Under the pieces are notes generated by a model. It made no database searches, was not told the DNA's origin, and saw only the letters and a program-made list of their open reading frames with translations. This document shows, one piece after another, positions 12,140 through 23,950 of a stretch of DNA of 43,959 nt. How positions within the stretch are numbered: position 1 is the first letter of the stretch; each line of letters opens with the position of its first letter. This DNA is from Octopus bimaculoides (taxonomy: Eukaryota), in the NCBI RefSeq assembly GCF_001194135.2, contig NC_068986.1, forward strand, positions 36,724,730-36,768,688, written 5' to 3'. The translations under genes were made by a program, and so were the position numbers.

Positions 12140-12964
12140 GTTGATTGGAATCACATTGATTGAGATATAAATTGTTCGAAATATTAGTTATCCATGGTGA
12201 TGCGCGAAGTATGTGCTGTAGCTCCATCTTACTGAAAGTATGCATTATTAATTTCACTTTCAGTGAGTTGGCCTACAAATGAATAGACGATATTTGAGTA
12301 ATATCCCTCGGTGTTCATAGTGTCTTCTAAAAATATCGGTCCCACAATACGCTTTCTCGAAATTGCCATCCATACTCCAACGTTTTTGGGATGCAGAGGT
12401 TGCTCAAGCGTCGACTGTGGATTCTCAATGCTCCATAACCTTGTGTTTTGCGAATTTATATGTCGTGACAGATGAAGTGAAGCCTCATCAGTGTAAAAAA
12501 AAACCCATCCAGTACTTCTATGCCTTTTTTTGGCAACAAAGTTTTGGAACCAATGACAATAATGAAGCCTTTTAGTATGATCCGTGGTCTTCAATTCTTG
12601 AATGGCCAGCACTTTGTATGGAAAGAAATTTAATTTCTTTTTCACAGCCGTGTGAGCACTTCCTAGGCTGATTTCCATTTCCTTTGACAATTTGCGTAAG
12701 GTCTTTGACGGGCTTGTCAACAGTTTATCAGAAATATTGGAGAGTGTTTCGTCTGAAAGAACAGTAGACCTACCGCTTCTTCCTGCATCTTCCACTGAGC
12801 CTGTGCTTCCAAATTTTTCTTATCAAATCCCGCACAATGTCACGATGTGGAACGACTGTATTCGGAAAAGTTTCACTGAACCTCTGTTTCACAGTATCTG
12901 TGTATCTGTTTCTAGCTTGAAACACCCATTCAACTAAAATTGTACGTTCTTCAATGCGTTGCAT
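12140..12964 (-). pseudogene. Tc1/mariner transposase pseudogene with DUF4817-like N-terminal HTH (probably DD41D rosa/Visitor type), 3'-truncated
   Basis: EERTILVE...RFSETFPNTVVPHRDIVRDLI + (frameshift) KFGSTGSVEDAGRSGR; first catalytic D in TDEA..LS.HINSQNTRLWS.ENP; HPKNVGVW; GPIF; second D in YFQ*DGATAHT (stop at the Q codon). The third-D region is absent, so the D-D spacing cannot be confirmed. Confidence 0.9.
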
Positions 12965-13016
12965 TTACTTCACATTGTTCTGGGCTTACCCACGATCCTT
13001 TATACAATATATATAT

Positions 13017-13275
13017 AGGCGCAGGAGTGACTGTGCGGTAAAAAGCTTGTTTCCCAACCACATGGTGTGTATTTATTTGTGTTTGTCACCCCACCATCGC
13101 TTGACAACCGATGTTGGCGTGTTTACGGCCCCAGTAAACTTGCGGTTCGGCAATACAGATCGATAGTATAAGTACTAAGCTTACACGTCCTGGGATCCAT
13201 TTGGTCAACTAAAGGTGATACTCCAGCATGGCCGCAGCCGAATGACTGAAACAAGTTAAACAAATAAAACAAATA
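13017..13275 (+). mobile_element. SINE family B, internally deleted (head fused to tail)
   Basis: aggcgcaggagtgactgtgcggt..aagcttg..cccaaccacatgg jumps at about 13065 to the tail ttgtcacccc..cgcttgacaaccgatg...ctccagcatggccgcag..aatgactgaaacaag. The same tail occurs inverted at 21327-21360. Confidence 0.85.
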
Positions 13276-13309
13276 TGTGAGTGATTCACACACACACACA
13301 CGCATGCAT

Positions 13310-13341
<32 letters not shown>

Positions 13342-13377
13342 ACACACACACACACGAGTAAGCACATAAATGCCAAA

Positions 13378-13585
13378 CAAGGTAGGAAAAAATGGGCTCG
13401 AATACCGAAGGTAGAGTAATATACATTTTTATTAAAGCTGCAAAAATATCACAAAACTGTTATTCAAAGTCTGATGTTTCCGTGTATCGGGCAGTTGCGA
13501 TTAAGACTCAAAGAATCTGTCCGACGAACAGAATCGTAAAACTCTGCGTACCATTTTTGTGATGTTTTTTCAACATCAATAAAAA
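13378..13585. mobile_element. Palindromic Penelope-pLTR-derived element (two inverted hammerhead-like arms)
   Basis: Ungapped inverted repeat 13426-13494 vs 13517-13585, 50/69 identical by manual count; the arm consensus fits type I hammerhead topology. Confidence 0.6.
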
Positions 13586-14529
13586 AAATTGTACACACAC
13601 ACACACACACACACACACATATTGTATTACATATATGTGTGTGTATATATATGATATAATATTAAATGTGTGTATTCATATATATATTAGAGGTAGAGAT
13701 GGGAAGAAAATTATCTCTTACATATAAAACTAGAGAATAATTATTCATACCACTCCTCGCTTTCAATTTTTTGCAATGTTTTTCAAGGCGTGAAACACAG
13801 CAAGGATAAAATTATCGGAAATAACGTTTTTTTTTTTTTTTATAACTAGATTCATTATTTTTTATGCAGTATATATTTTTCTACATAACGTAGAATCCCA
13901 CAGGAATCGAATTAGCATATTTCCATATGTGAATGTGTCTGTCTGTTTATGCATGTTTTTGTTCACATATATGTGTGTTTATTATACTTTAGTTCTTCCC
14001 TGCAAACGTAAGGCAAGATAATACCCATATTACACGCGAGAATCATTATTTGTTTCTTCTTTAAAAAGAATCATCAGTAAAATTAGATTTACCACGAAGG
14101 AACGTATTTGAATAAAGGAACACACATATACAAGATGTTCTTGCTTCTTCCTTTTCTCTTTTCATCCTTCTTTCTCTTTCCCTCTCTCAGTATATTCTCT
14201 TAGCAGAACGCCTAGTCGCGGTTGAAGTAGGAGACAAGACACAATAAGACTTCAGTACATATAAAAATACACTTTTTTTTCTCTCGGTTAGTTTTCTGAG
14301 AATAATAGATTGAAACCCTTAACACTGCAAGAGGAAAGTATAAATGAGTGTCAATCATTCCTGACAACTATTGTTCCGTCCAAGTGTCCATTCCCTTAGT
14401 TTTGTATAGTGCATTCGATGAGTATTAATTTGCATTTACATTCTTACATATGATCACACACACATACACACACACATACACACACATACACACACATATA
14501 AAATAGATAATATATATNNNNNNNNNNNN

Positions 14530-14590
<61 letters not shown>
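14530..14590. repeat. (GATA)n microsatellite
   Basis: Directly visible. Confidence 0.95.
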
Positions 14591-16008
14591 TAATTGTGTA
14601 AATGAAATTATAAAATGAATTTTCCCATAGTGAATAATCAATTTCCCTAAGGTAATCATTTTAAGTCTTGTCTCTTGATGAAAATTGATGAAGATGATGA
14701 GGATGATGATGGTGGTGGCGATGTTGGGAGCTGTGGTGATAATGATGATATAAATAATAAAAATAGACAACAGCAATAATTATCATAAAACTATTTCTTT
14801 CTTTTATATTGCCATCAGGGCTCATCCATAGATACGACCGGGCACTACAAAAGGTATAACAAACAACTTTTGGAATGTACATAGTCTATCGTAAGAGAAA
14901 ATGAAAGATGAGAGAAAGATGTGGTCAATATATTCAGACGTTTAGTCATTATTAGTCATATGAATATCTTTAATCACAGTGTTAATTCAATGAATACGTG
15001 TATGCGTGTATAACTATCTAATTATCCATCTATCTAACTATCTATACACACGCACACACACACACATATGAACGCACTAAAATATACTAATATTACCTAT
15101 AAAAATAGGACAGGCAACCCACAAACACACAGCTAAGAAACTCCCATTGTATCGTAGCACGTTGCTTCTTCCTATGTCTGTATTCACCAGTTGCCTGTTG
15201 TGTATCATAAGCGTGAAGGCGATCGAAGTATCTGCACCGCTATGATTATCTCTGCTTGCGACTTTTCTGTTTAGCCACCCTTTAAATTGCTGCACCAGCC
15301 TCGATCCTGGAGTTTAGCAACACATACCTATGTAATCTGCATTGGTTGATATAAACTACATCGTTCTATAGGAAACTCCACTCGGTTTGGTGTAAGAAAA
15401 GAATATGCTAACTTCTCATTTTCTTGTTTCCGGCAAGGAAGCGTTGAGACATGTAACATATCATTATCATGATATTTTTCCAGGGAGCCGGCGAATGTTC
15501 ATCGAATTCATTTTAGTTGAGCAAGCTTGCGAAGCCGTTATTAAATGTCTGGCTTGTATATCTCGAAATACGAACGTGAGGATTTTCATTTTTTTTGCTC
15601 TCTCTCTTTTTCGCAATTACGTCTGTGTCACTGATATACGTTTATTTTTCTGAAGAATTTCTCTTTGGACGGGGGTGACTTAAATGATGCTGTCACATTT
15701 TTAAAAAATCTGCTTTTACCTTTATCCCATGGAAGTTATTGTTTTCTTTTATTCGTTCACTACTTTCAGTAACCGAACTGCAGCCTTCGTGCAGTACAGT
15801 CTTGAAAGATTTAGTGGTACTTATTTTAAGTCCAGTTATTATTCTATTGATCCTTTTTTTCTTCTCTGACTGCTAAGTTGCATAGGTCAGGAAAATTTCA
15901 ACAATCTCACAGCAGCTGTCAATCGGTGAGACATAACATCAAACACGAAGGCGCACATACAGACTCTACACGCGCAAATACATACACAACACACACATAT
16001 ATATGAAA

Positions 16009-16228
16009 GCGCATGGCTCAGTGGTTAGAGCGTCAGGCTTACAATCATGAGGTACTGAGTTCGATTCTAGGACCGAGCTGTGTGTTGTGTTATTGAGTAA
16101 TACACTTTATTTCACGTTGTTGCAGTTCACTCAGCTGTTGAAATAAATTGCGACGTCATTGGTACCAAGCTGTATCGGCCCCTTTTCCTTTCCTTGGATA
16201 ACATCAGTGGCGTGGAGAGGGGAGGCTG

Positions 16229-16230
<2 letters not shown>
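16009..16230 (+). mobile_element. tRNA-derived SINE, family C, ending in (AGT)n
   Basis: A-box TGGCTCAGTGG (16014-24) and B-box GAGTTCGATTC (16057-67); non-tRNA body acactttatttcacgttg..cactcagctg; truncated by (AGT)n. Confidence 0.85.
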
Positions 16231-16261
<31 letters not shown>

Positions 16262-17315
16262 ACGATGGCGGCGATGGTAGTGGTGGTGGGTGGCGGCGGT
16301 GGTCATGATGGCTGTGGTAGGTGGAGCAGGTGGGTGGAGGAAGTGTATGAATAGGAGGAAGATTCCTTCAACTGACATTCCCGGTAACACTGCACTCAAT
16401 TACAATGACTATCGTAGGGCACACCAACAATCTTTTGTATATATATATGTATAAACGACCTCACAGATGATTATCGCAGAATGTAAACGACTAAGAAACA
16501 TTACTACAGAGAATGTGTTGAAATATCTATGTTGAAATATGTATGTAAGATTTTCAATAAGTAAAATGCGCGAATGACACCTTGCAGGGAATAAAATGTA
16601 GCGCATTAACTCCCATGCTGACTAAAGAAACATACATTAAAACATTACATCAAACACAGATATTCTGATACTAAAGAATCAGAGAGATAGTGTGCAAGAT
16701 GCAAATATGTAAAAAGAAAAAAACGTCAGGATAGAATGACATACATATAGATTAGATTCATTCTTTTAGCATACTTATAACAATACGTTACAAGATTCAC
16801 ACATTCTAATATTATAACTTATAGCGCAGCTAAATACAAATGAAAAGGCGACAGACATGGATATTGTAGCCGATCTAGTAATAAGTTATATTTATAATGT
16901 ATTCAGCTGTCCAGCTAAACCAGATAGAAAATCTTAAAGTAATAACTACACTGAGAATATACAGCCAAAAATCTGACAAGTAAAGGTTATATTTTTCATG
17001 AATGCAATGTTATAGGCAATTACGCAACTAGAAAACCATTATAATGTATCTTCTTTGCGATAAAAAAGAACTATCACAGGTGACAACAAAGCACGAGCAA
17101 CATAGGAAATGCTATTTTCCATCTTCAAGTCTTCAAGGAAGCCAACAAATACGAAACATGCTGAAATGACTGATATTTATGAGAAAGAAAAATTGAAAGC
17201 ATAAATCGTAAAAGAAAAAGAAAAAAAATTAAGAACTAATCTTAAACCATGAAAAGCCCTACAAAACAGAACGAAATGGAAACAGACATGGATATTTACA
17301 AAATTCGCAAAACTT

Positions 17316-17580
17316 CGCCGGCATGGCTGTGTGATTAAGGACCTAGCTTTGCACCTACTTAGTTTCGAGTTCAGTCCCACTGCGCGGGATCTTGAGCAAG
17401 TGTCATCTACTATGTACAAGTATCTTCACAATGCATTGTGAAGCTTACTTCGTAGACGGAAACTGTGTGAAAGTCCGAACATATCTATCTATCTATTTTT
17501 AAATATGAACGTGCGTTTTTGTGTTTCCTCTCACCCCCTCTAGCCGCTTGATAAGTGTATTGGCCTGTTTTAAGTTCCTG
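17316..17580 (+). mobile_element. SINE family B, decayed
   Basis: catggctgtgtg..gagttcagtcccactgcg..cttgagcaagtgtc..ctactat...gtagacggaaactg, followed by the ttgtgtttc..ccccctc..cgcttga tail segment. Confidence 0.8.
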
Positions 17581-17680
17581 TGAGCTGAGTGGACTGAAGC
17601 AACTTGAAATCGTGTCATGCTCAAGGACACCAATGCCACCGAGTATCAAACTCACGACCTTACGAGCGTGTAACGAATAA
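17580..17680 (-). mobile_element. SINE family C head, antisense
   Basis: The reverse complement reads cgtaaggtcgtgagtttgatactcggtggcattggtgtccttgagcatgacacgatttcaagttgcttcagtccactcagct, matching the 16009 copy. Confidence 0.7.
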
Positions 17681-17728
17681 TAATAATAGGAGAAGTAAAA
17701 ATGTTGGTCTAGACCAAGCAACAACTCC

Positions 17729-17902
17729 TCAGCGGCTAAGGAGTTCAGGATTGGAAGCAGAGACACAATATTGATAAAATAATTCCACCTCGTCAGCAAA
17801 CTGATCGCTCAACCATAAAATTTTGTAGCATTTGAAACAACAAACACTCAACATCTTCACAATGAATAAACTGTCTAACTTCAACATAGTGTTGGCGATG
17901 AT
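17729..17902 (-). CDS. Candidate coding exon (terminal, or internal to 17789)
   Basis: Strong acceptor ctcattttttcag|ATC; phase-0 frame IIANTMLKLDSLFIVKMLSVCCFKCYKILWLSDQFADEVELFYQYCVSASNPELLSR*; only a weak internal donor GAG|GTGGAA. Confidence 0.28.
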   Translation of the reverse strand: MIANTMLKLDSLFIVKMLSVCCFKCYKILWLSDQFADEVELFYQYCVSASNPELLSR

Positions 17903-18528
17903 CTGAAAAAATGAGTCGAATAAAGCAAGGATAGAACAGCCAGTAAGATGAAGCATCCTTCATGTTTAGAACCATAATTTTTTTCCTTACTGATTTAGAC
18001 AATGTGTGGTTTTTAATTCGCATGTAAAATCAATACCCCTTTACGAATGACCAATGGTGGATGTATTTTCCTAAAACTTTCAGCAATGCTTCCATTTGAC
18101 GACAATTGATTCCCGCATTAACCGCTTTGTTTTCGTTTAAAACTTATGATAGACAACACCAGTCATTTACCACCAAACATAAAGTAATAAATTTTTCGAG
18201 GGTAGTTCTGATTTGGGAATGAATTCACTTTTTTGCATTGGATGCTTATCGTTGTGGTCTTCGTTGAATATGATAATAGAGAAGTTGTTTTTGATAACTT
18301 ACGATAATTCTACCTAAGAAAGGAGCGGTAGAAAGTCTTTTTCTTCAATGATGGAGAAATAACAAGTCTTGGATTAATCTTAGGGCTCATGACCAAGTTT
18401 AGATACTTTTCATGGTTGCTGTAGTTGTTTTATGATTCAAGTGTAATTTGAATTGAAATGTTGTGCCAATTCCCATATGTGTGTATATATATATATGTAT
18501 GTATGTATGTATTTATGGCTAAGTATGG

Positions 18529-18607
18529 CTACCTGCTGGAAGTAATAGCCAAAACTCTTAGTTATATGGCCGAAAGAAGAGTTTTGGTGATTATTTCCAG
18601 CAGGTAG
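18529..18607. repeat. 31-bp inverted repeat (short MITE-like hairpin)
   Basis: ctacctgctggaagtaatagccaaaactctt (18529-59) vs aagagttttggtgattatttccagcaggtag (18577-607): 28/31 complementary, 17-nt spacer. Confidence 0.9.
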
Positions 18608-19440
18608 ATATGCTTAGCATGTCCTTTAATTTTAATCATTCAGGTATTTCATGCTTTTGTGGCCAACAATCGCCTATATTATTAATTGTTACGCTAGATA
18701 ATAACAGAGTCAATAATATCTTCGCAAATATTTTCTCATATATATATATATATATAGATAGATAGATAGATAGATACACGTAATTTTAAATGATGCTACT
18801 AATAGTTTTATACTGTTGAGGTAAAATAATTTGGAATATTTATATAACGTGACATGTCAAGCATGCCTACATTCCATTAGGCGTACTTACAAAACCAAGA
18901 CGTTGTTTTATGAGAAATTATGAGAAAAAAGTGCGAAAGAAAAAGTGAATAGACTGATAGAAAATTATCCGAAACTTTTAGCAAATGCAAGCACCTGGAC
19001 AAGTTTCTTTTGTCGGATTGAAGGACACCAGCCTCTTCGAATTGAGTAGATATTTCACAGACGGCCTTTACTCTCTTATATCATACTACACCATCTAGAT
19101 TTGTTGTGATTTCTACAATGAGACAAAGATTTTGCTTTTATGACTTCTCTTTTCTTTCTTTTTATTCCAATGTATGCGCCACCTTCACTCATTTCTTCCT
19201 GTTATTTTCATGTTTTCTCCTAGACCAGCGCCCTGATTTTTTTTTTAAATATACCTAACGGTACGCATTCATCCTAAAAGATTGCTTGGAGATACATGTC
19301 ATGTTACAGAGATCTGTTATACTATTGTCTCTCAATTTCCTGAGATTACTACAAGCTCTTTTTTCAATTTGTGCATATTAAATATTTATCCCACGCTGAA
19401 GAGAATACTTTTTGTTGATCATGCCTATAACATAACAAAA

Positions 19441-19676
<236 letters not shown>

Positions 19677-19711
19677 GTACTTATTCCTTCATTATTATTA
19701 GATGATACTTA

Positions 19712-19862
19712 TTTCTTCATTATTATTAGCGCTTTCGTTCCTCTCTAGAATTTATCAAATACAATTTTGTGAATGTACAATCAGCTTGTTCATTTATATA
19801 AAACAGATGTTTTATTTGACAAGTTCTAGAGAGGAACGAAAGCGTTAATAATAATGAAGAAA
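19712..19862. repeat. 50-bp inverted repeat (MITE-like hairpin)
   Basis: 19712-19761 vs 19813-19862, 3 mismatches, about 51-nt spacer. Confidence 0.9.
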
Positions 19863-19983
19863 GAAAAGGATTTTTCTTCCAAAATTCTGACGACTTTTTT
19901 CTCAATATTCAATTCTGTACATCCCACCTAACACACACACACACACACACTCTCTCTCTCTCTCTCTCTCCCTCTCTCTCGCC

Positions 19984-20019
<36 letters not shown>

Positions 20020-21326
20020 NNNNNNNNNNNNNNNNNNNNNNNNNNNNNNNNNNNNNNNNNNNNNNNNNNNNNNNNNNNNNNNNNNNNNNNNNNNNNNNNN
20101 NNNNNNNNNNNNNNNNNNNNNNNNNNNNNNNNNNNNNNNNNNNNNNNNNNNNNNNNNNNNNNNNNNNNNNNNNNNNNNNNNNNNNNNNNNNNNNNNNNNN
20201 NNNNNNNNNNNNNNNNNNNNNNNNNNNNNNNNNNNNNNNNNNNNNNNNNNNNNNNNNNNNNNNNNNNNNNNNNNNNNNNNNNNNNNNNNNNNNNNNNNNN
20301 NNNNNNNNNNNNNNNNNNNNNNNNNNNNNNNNNNNNNNNNNNNNNNNNNNNNNNNNNNNNNNNNNNNNNNNNNNNNNNNNNNNNNNNNNNNNNNNNNNNN
20401 NNNNNNNNNNNNNNNNNNNNNNNNNNNNNNNNNNNNNNNNNNNNNNNNNNNNNNNNNNNNNNNNNNNNNNNNNNNNNNNNNNNNNNNNNNNNNNNNNNNN
20501 NNNNNNNNNNNNNNNNNNNNNNNNNNNNNNNNNNNNNNNNNNNNNNNNNNNNNNNNNNNNNNNNNNNNNNNNNNNNNNNNNNNNNNNNNNNNNNNNNNNN
20601 NNNNNNNNNNNNNNNNNNNNNNNNNNNNNNNNNNNNNNNNNNNNNNNNNNNNNNNNNNNNNNNNNNNNNNNNNNNNNNNNNNNNNNNNNNNNNNNNNNNN
20701 NNNNNNNNNNNNNNNNNNNNNNNNNNNNNNNNNNNNNNNNNNNNNNNNNNNNNNNNNNNNNNNNNNNNNNNNNNNNNNNNNNNNNNNTGGTGGTGGTGGT
20801 GGATTTGGTGGTGGTGTTGGTGGTCGTGTTCGTGGATGTGGTCGTGGTGGTCGTGGTGGTTATGGTGGTCGTGGTGGTCGACGTCGTGGTTTTGGTGGTG
20901 GTGGTGATGATGGTGGTGGCGGTGGTGATAGTGGTGGTGATGGGATAGGGATAATGATGATGATGACGACGATGACGTCTAGTTTTAATCGAGCGGAACA
21001 ATGATGAAAGTTATTCCAATCTGCACCATTCTGTTTTCGCTTGTTGTTTCTTTTCTATTTTGTTGTTAATTTATTACTTTTTTTAATGGAGAGGTAATAT
21101 CTTACACTATATCATCTAATATATACTTTCTGTATTTAAGATGACAGAGGCTGAACTGAGGAATAATGTCTGCAGTGGCCCTACTATTTCTTTCCAGAAC
21201 AGAAGAATATAAGTTGTTGACGAATGGAAGAGAAAAGCTATCATCAGGAATTGGAATTTACCTTCTTCTTTCATATGATAAATACATTACTGACTTCGTG
21301 TCCAACGTTCCTATGTCTTGTCATGT

Positions 21327-21530
21327 TTTACTTGTTTCAACCGTTGGACTGCGGTTATGCTGGAGCACTGCATTGAAATCCAGTTGAGCAAATCGACATC
21401 AGAACTTATTTTTTAATCTGGTATTTATTGCATCGGTTTCCTTTTCTAAATCTCTATGTTACGGAGACATAAGCAACACAACTTTGATTGTCAAACAGGG
21501 ATAGCGACAGACAAATACAAAGACACAAAC

Positions 21531-21582
<52 letters not shown>

Positions 21583-21770
21583 TCACTCACTCACACATAT
21601 ACACGCATATATAAATATGTATGTATGTATGTATGTATGTATAGAAGACAGGCTTCCACACGTGTTTCCTCTAAAACATTCTCTAAAAGCTTAGTAGCCG
21701 GCCAAGGCGCCGCGCAATGGAACTGCACTCGAAACCATACGGCTGCAAATTGAGCTTCTTAACCACAGGC
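21327..21770 (-). mobile_element. Near full-length SINE family B, antisense, with internal CA/TATG microsatellite
   Basis: tttacttgtttca..ttggactgcgg..atgctggagcac is the reverse complement of the family tail; gccaaggcgccgcgcaatgg.actg.actcg.aaccat..ggctg...ttaaccaca is the reverse complement of the head. Confidence 0.85.
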
Positions 21771-22167
21771 CAAGAGTATTGTTAAGTACTGCCAAGAAAT
21801 CCTTAATGTCTCTTTATCTTAATGTCACAGTAGTAAATAAGACAGGAAAAAGTAGAAAAATTTCGAATTCATGGTGAATATAAATGAGAACAAATTCAAG
21901 CTGACTTTTTGAAAAAATGTACGGCCAAGTGTCAAAGCCGGTTCTAATTGCACCATTGTTTCATAAAATATATATGATTATTTGCTGTCACGGATGGCCA
22001 GATGGAAAGAGCATCGACCTGCTGGCTGAAATATAAATAGTTCGCATACACTTACCGAGTTCAGTTTCGATCATTATAGGTGTCATTGTTGCTATTGTTT
22101 TTAACGATGAAGTACTGTTATTTAACTGCATACCAGTTCTCACCACACCGTTTTTGAAGAAACATCT

Positions 22168-22415
22168 AGAACTACATTATCTAATGTGTCTTAACTTTTC
22201 TAGAATATGGCATATTGAGGTTTGAAGAGGATTCAGCTCCTATTTTTTGCATGTATTTTAGATGCTCACGTGTTTGCTCCTATATTTGTATATATTCACT
22301 ATAAATGATGCAGATTTCTGCCTGCGTGCATGTTGAGAGCCCTGTAAAGTTCACAGTGTATGTTGATATTACCAATTAATTTGAGAAGTTCGCCTCGCAA
22401 TCACAAGATTCCGGG
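22168..22415 (+). repeat. Copy 1 of a ~250-bp dispersed direct repeat
   Basis: ctag..ctacattatctaatgtgtc...agctcctattt..gcatg...agatgctc.cgtgtttgct...taaatgatgcagatt...gtaaagttcacagtgta...agaagttcgc.tcgcaatcac shared with 23951-24215. Confidence 0.85.
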
Positions 22416-23950
22416 TTTGACGTCACTGTCTCGTACTTTAGCCACGTACCTTCTATTCAAAAACTGTAATGATGTTAGCAAGACTGAAACAATATGGAAT
22501 CTCTTCTGATATGAAGTAATAATAACCAATTGAAGCAACCTTATTACACTCAATATCATGTTGATTAAGTGAAATTCAGAGGTCTAACTGTGTCACGTAC
22601 GAGTCGCTGTTTCGACAAGGGGATTATATTGATAAATCACGTGGTTATGGAATACTTAGCCACGTATACGTTAATTTGTAAGTAGTTCAGCTAACAGACG
22701 TATTGAATAGTCATCTTCGAAAACGCCGAAGGAAACATGGTATAGTTGATGGGTCCTCATCTGTTTTCTAGAACTTGTGTTTGGTATAGATTAAAGAAAC
22801 AATATCTTTAGATAGTTGAATTAGTTTCTTGAAAGTGCGGCCGGGGACGATAATAACATACTACAAATGTGATGGTGAATAGCGTTATAGTGAATAATCA
22901 CAAACCCGGTGATTGAAATATGTTTATGGAAACATTTATAATGAATCGATAACACAATGTCTTGGCTTCAGATGTTATACATTTTAGGACACACTTGGTC
23001 TAGCACAGAGAAAGACTGTGATATATTGTGTGTTTAGTAATGCCAATGACTTCGTATTGATTATACTATATAATAATGGTCAAAATTAATGAGATAGCTT
23101 CTAAGCCAAATCCTCAATCTTCTGAAACTAACGGTTCAATTCTTTTCATAAACCATTCCGCTTTCAACATTGCAAATGAAGGACACTTTGAGTATTATGT
23201 TCCTACATACAGTAGTCCTTCAATGTAATGTGTTGTGTAATATGTCGTAATAATTGTGGAACAATTTCTATGAAGGTTGTCTCACTCAGTGCTGAGTATG
23301 GAGATATTACAACAAACTATGTTATATTTGGAAGGAAATACAGAAAGCAACCAAAATCAGAAAAGATTAAGAGAAACATGGTGAATTATTTATGTTCCGA
23401 TAGGTATGAATTCGTTCCTGGGAGAAAACAGATTAGAATAAGTTAGGTAATAAAATGTTGCTTGCATGAGAATGCAAGCGAGAATAAGAATTAATCACTT
23501 GCATGACCAAGGACATTTTACAGAGGTGACCAATATTTCCCTGAACTAGAATAACAGTAAAAATAACATAGAAGTACAGCAAAAATAATCAATCGCACAG
23601 CTTAACAATGCCACCCAGTTAGGCAATGTCTGCGCAGCTGCAAACTTTTGAGAGAAATCTTCGACCTGAGAATGATTATGTTCTTTCAGCCTGCTTCAGA
23701 ATTCACTGAAATGTTGATGAGGGCAACGAGTTCTCCTCTGTTAAAAAACATCTTAATAGATGCTTTAAGTGTTTTACTAAGGGGTATAAGTATTAGTGAC
23801 AAATAAGAATTTATGTCCTGTATGTCACCAGAACGATGACTTAATGTGAGATTATATTTCACATTTCTTTCAGGTGAGGAAGCACAGTGCGTGTGCTTCT
23901 GATCAACAGCAGTTTGTTGGCTACGGGCCACATAATCGTGATTCCAATAT

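Noticed and set aside
16009-16075. tRNA gene
   Set aside because: A and B boxes are present, but it continues into a SINE body and lacks a proper acceptor stem and a Pol III terminator.
19813-19850. Minimal hammerhead in the hairpin arm (ctagagaggaacgaaagcg)
   Set aside because: The core is CUAGAGA rather than CUGANGA, and stem I cannot form.
23600-23930. Several 60-90-codon open frames on both strands
   Set aside because: No consistent splice signals or recognisable homology; cannot choose a strand.
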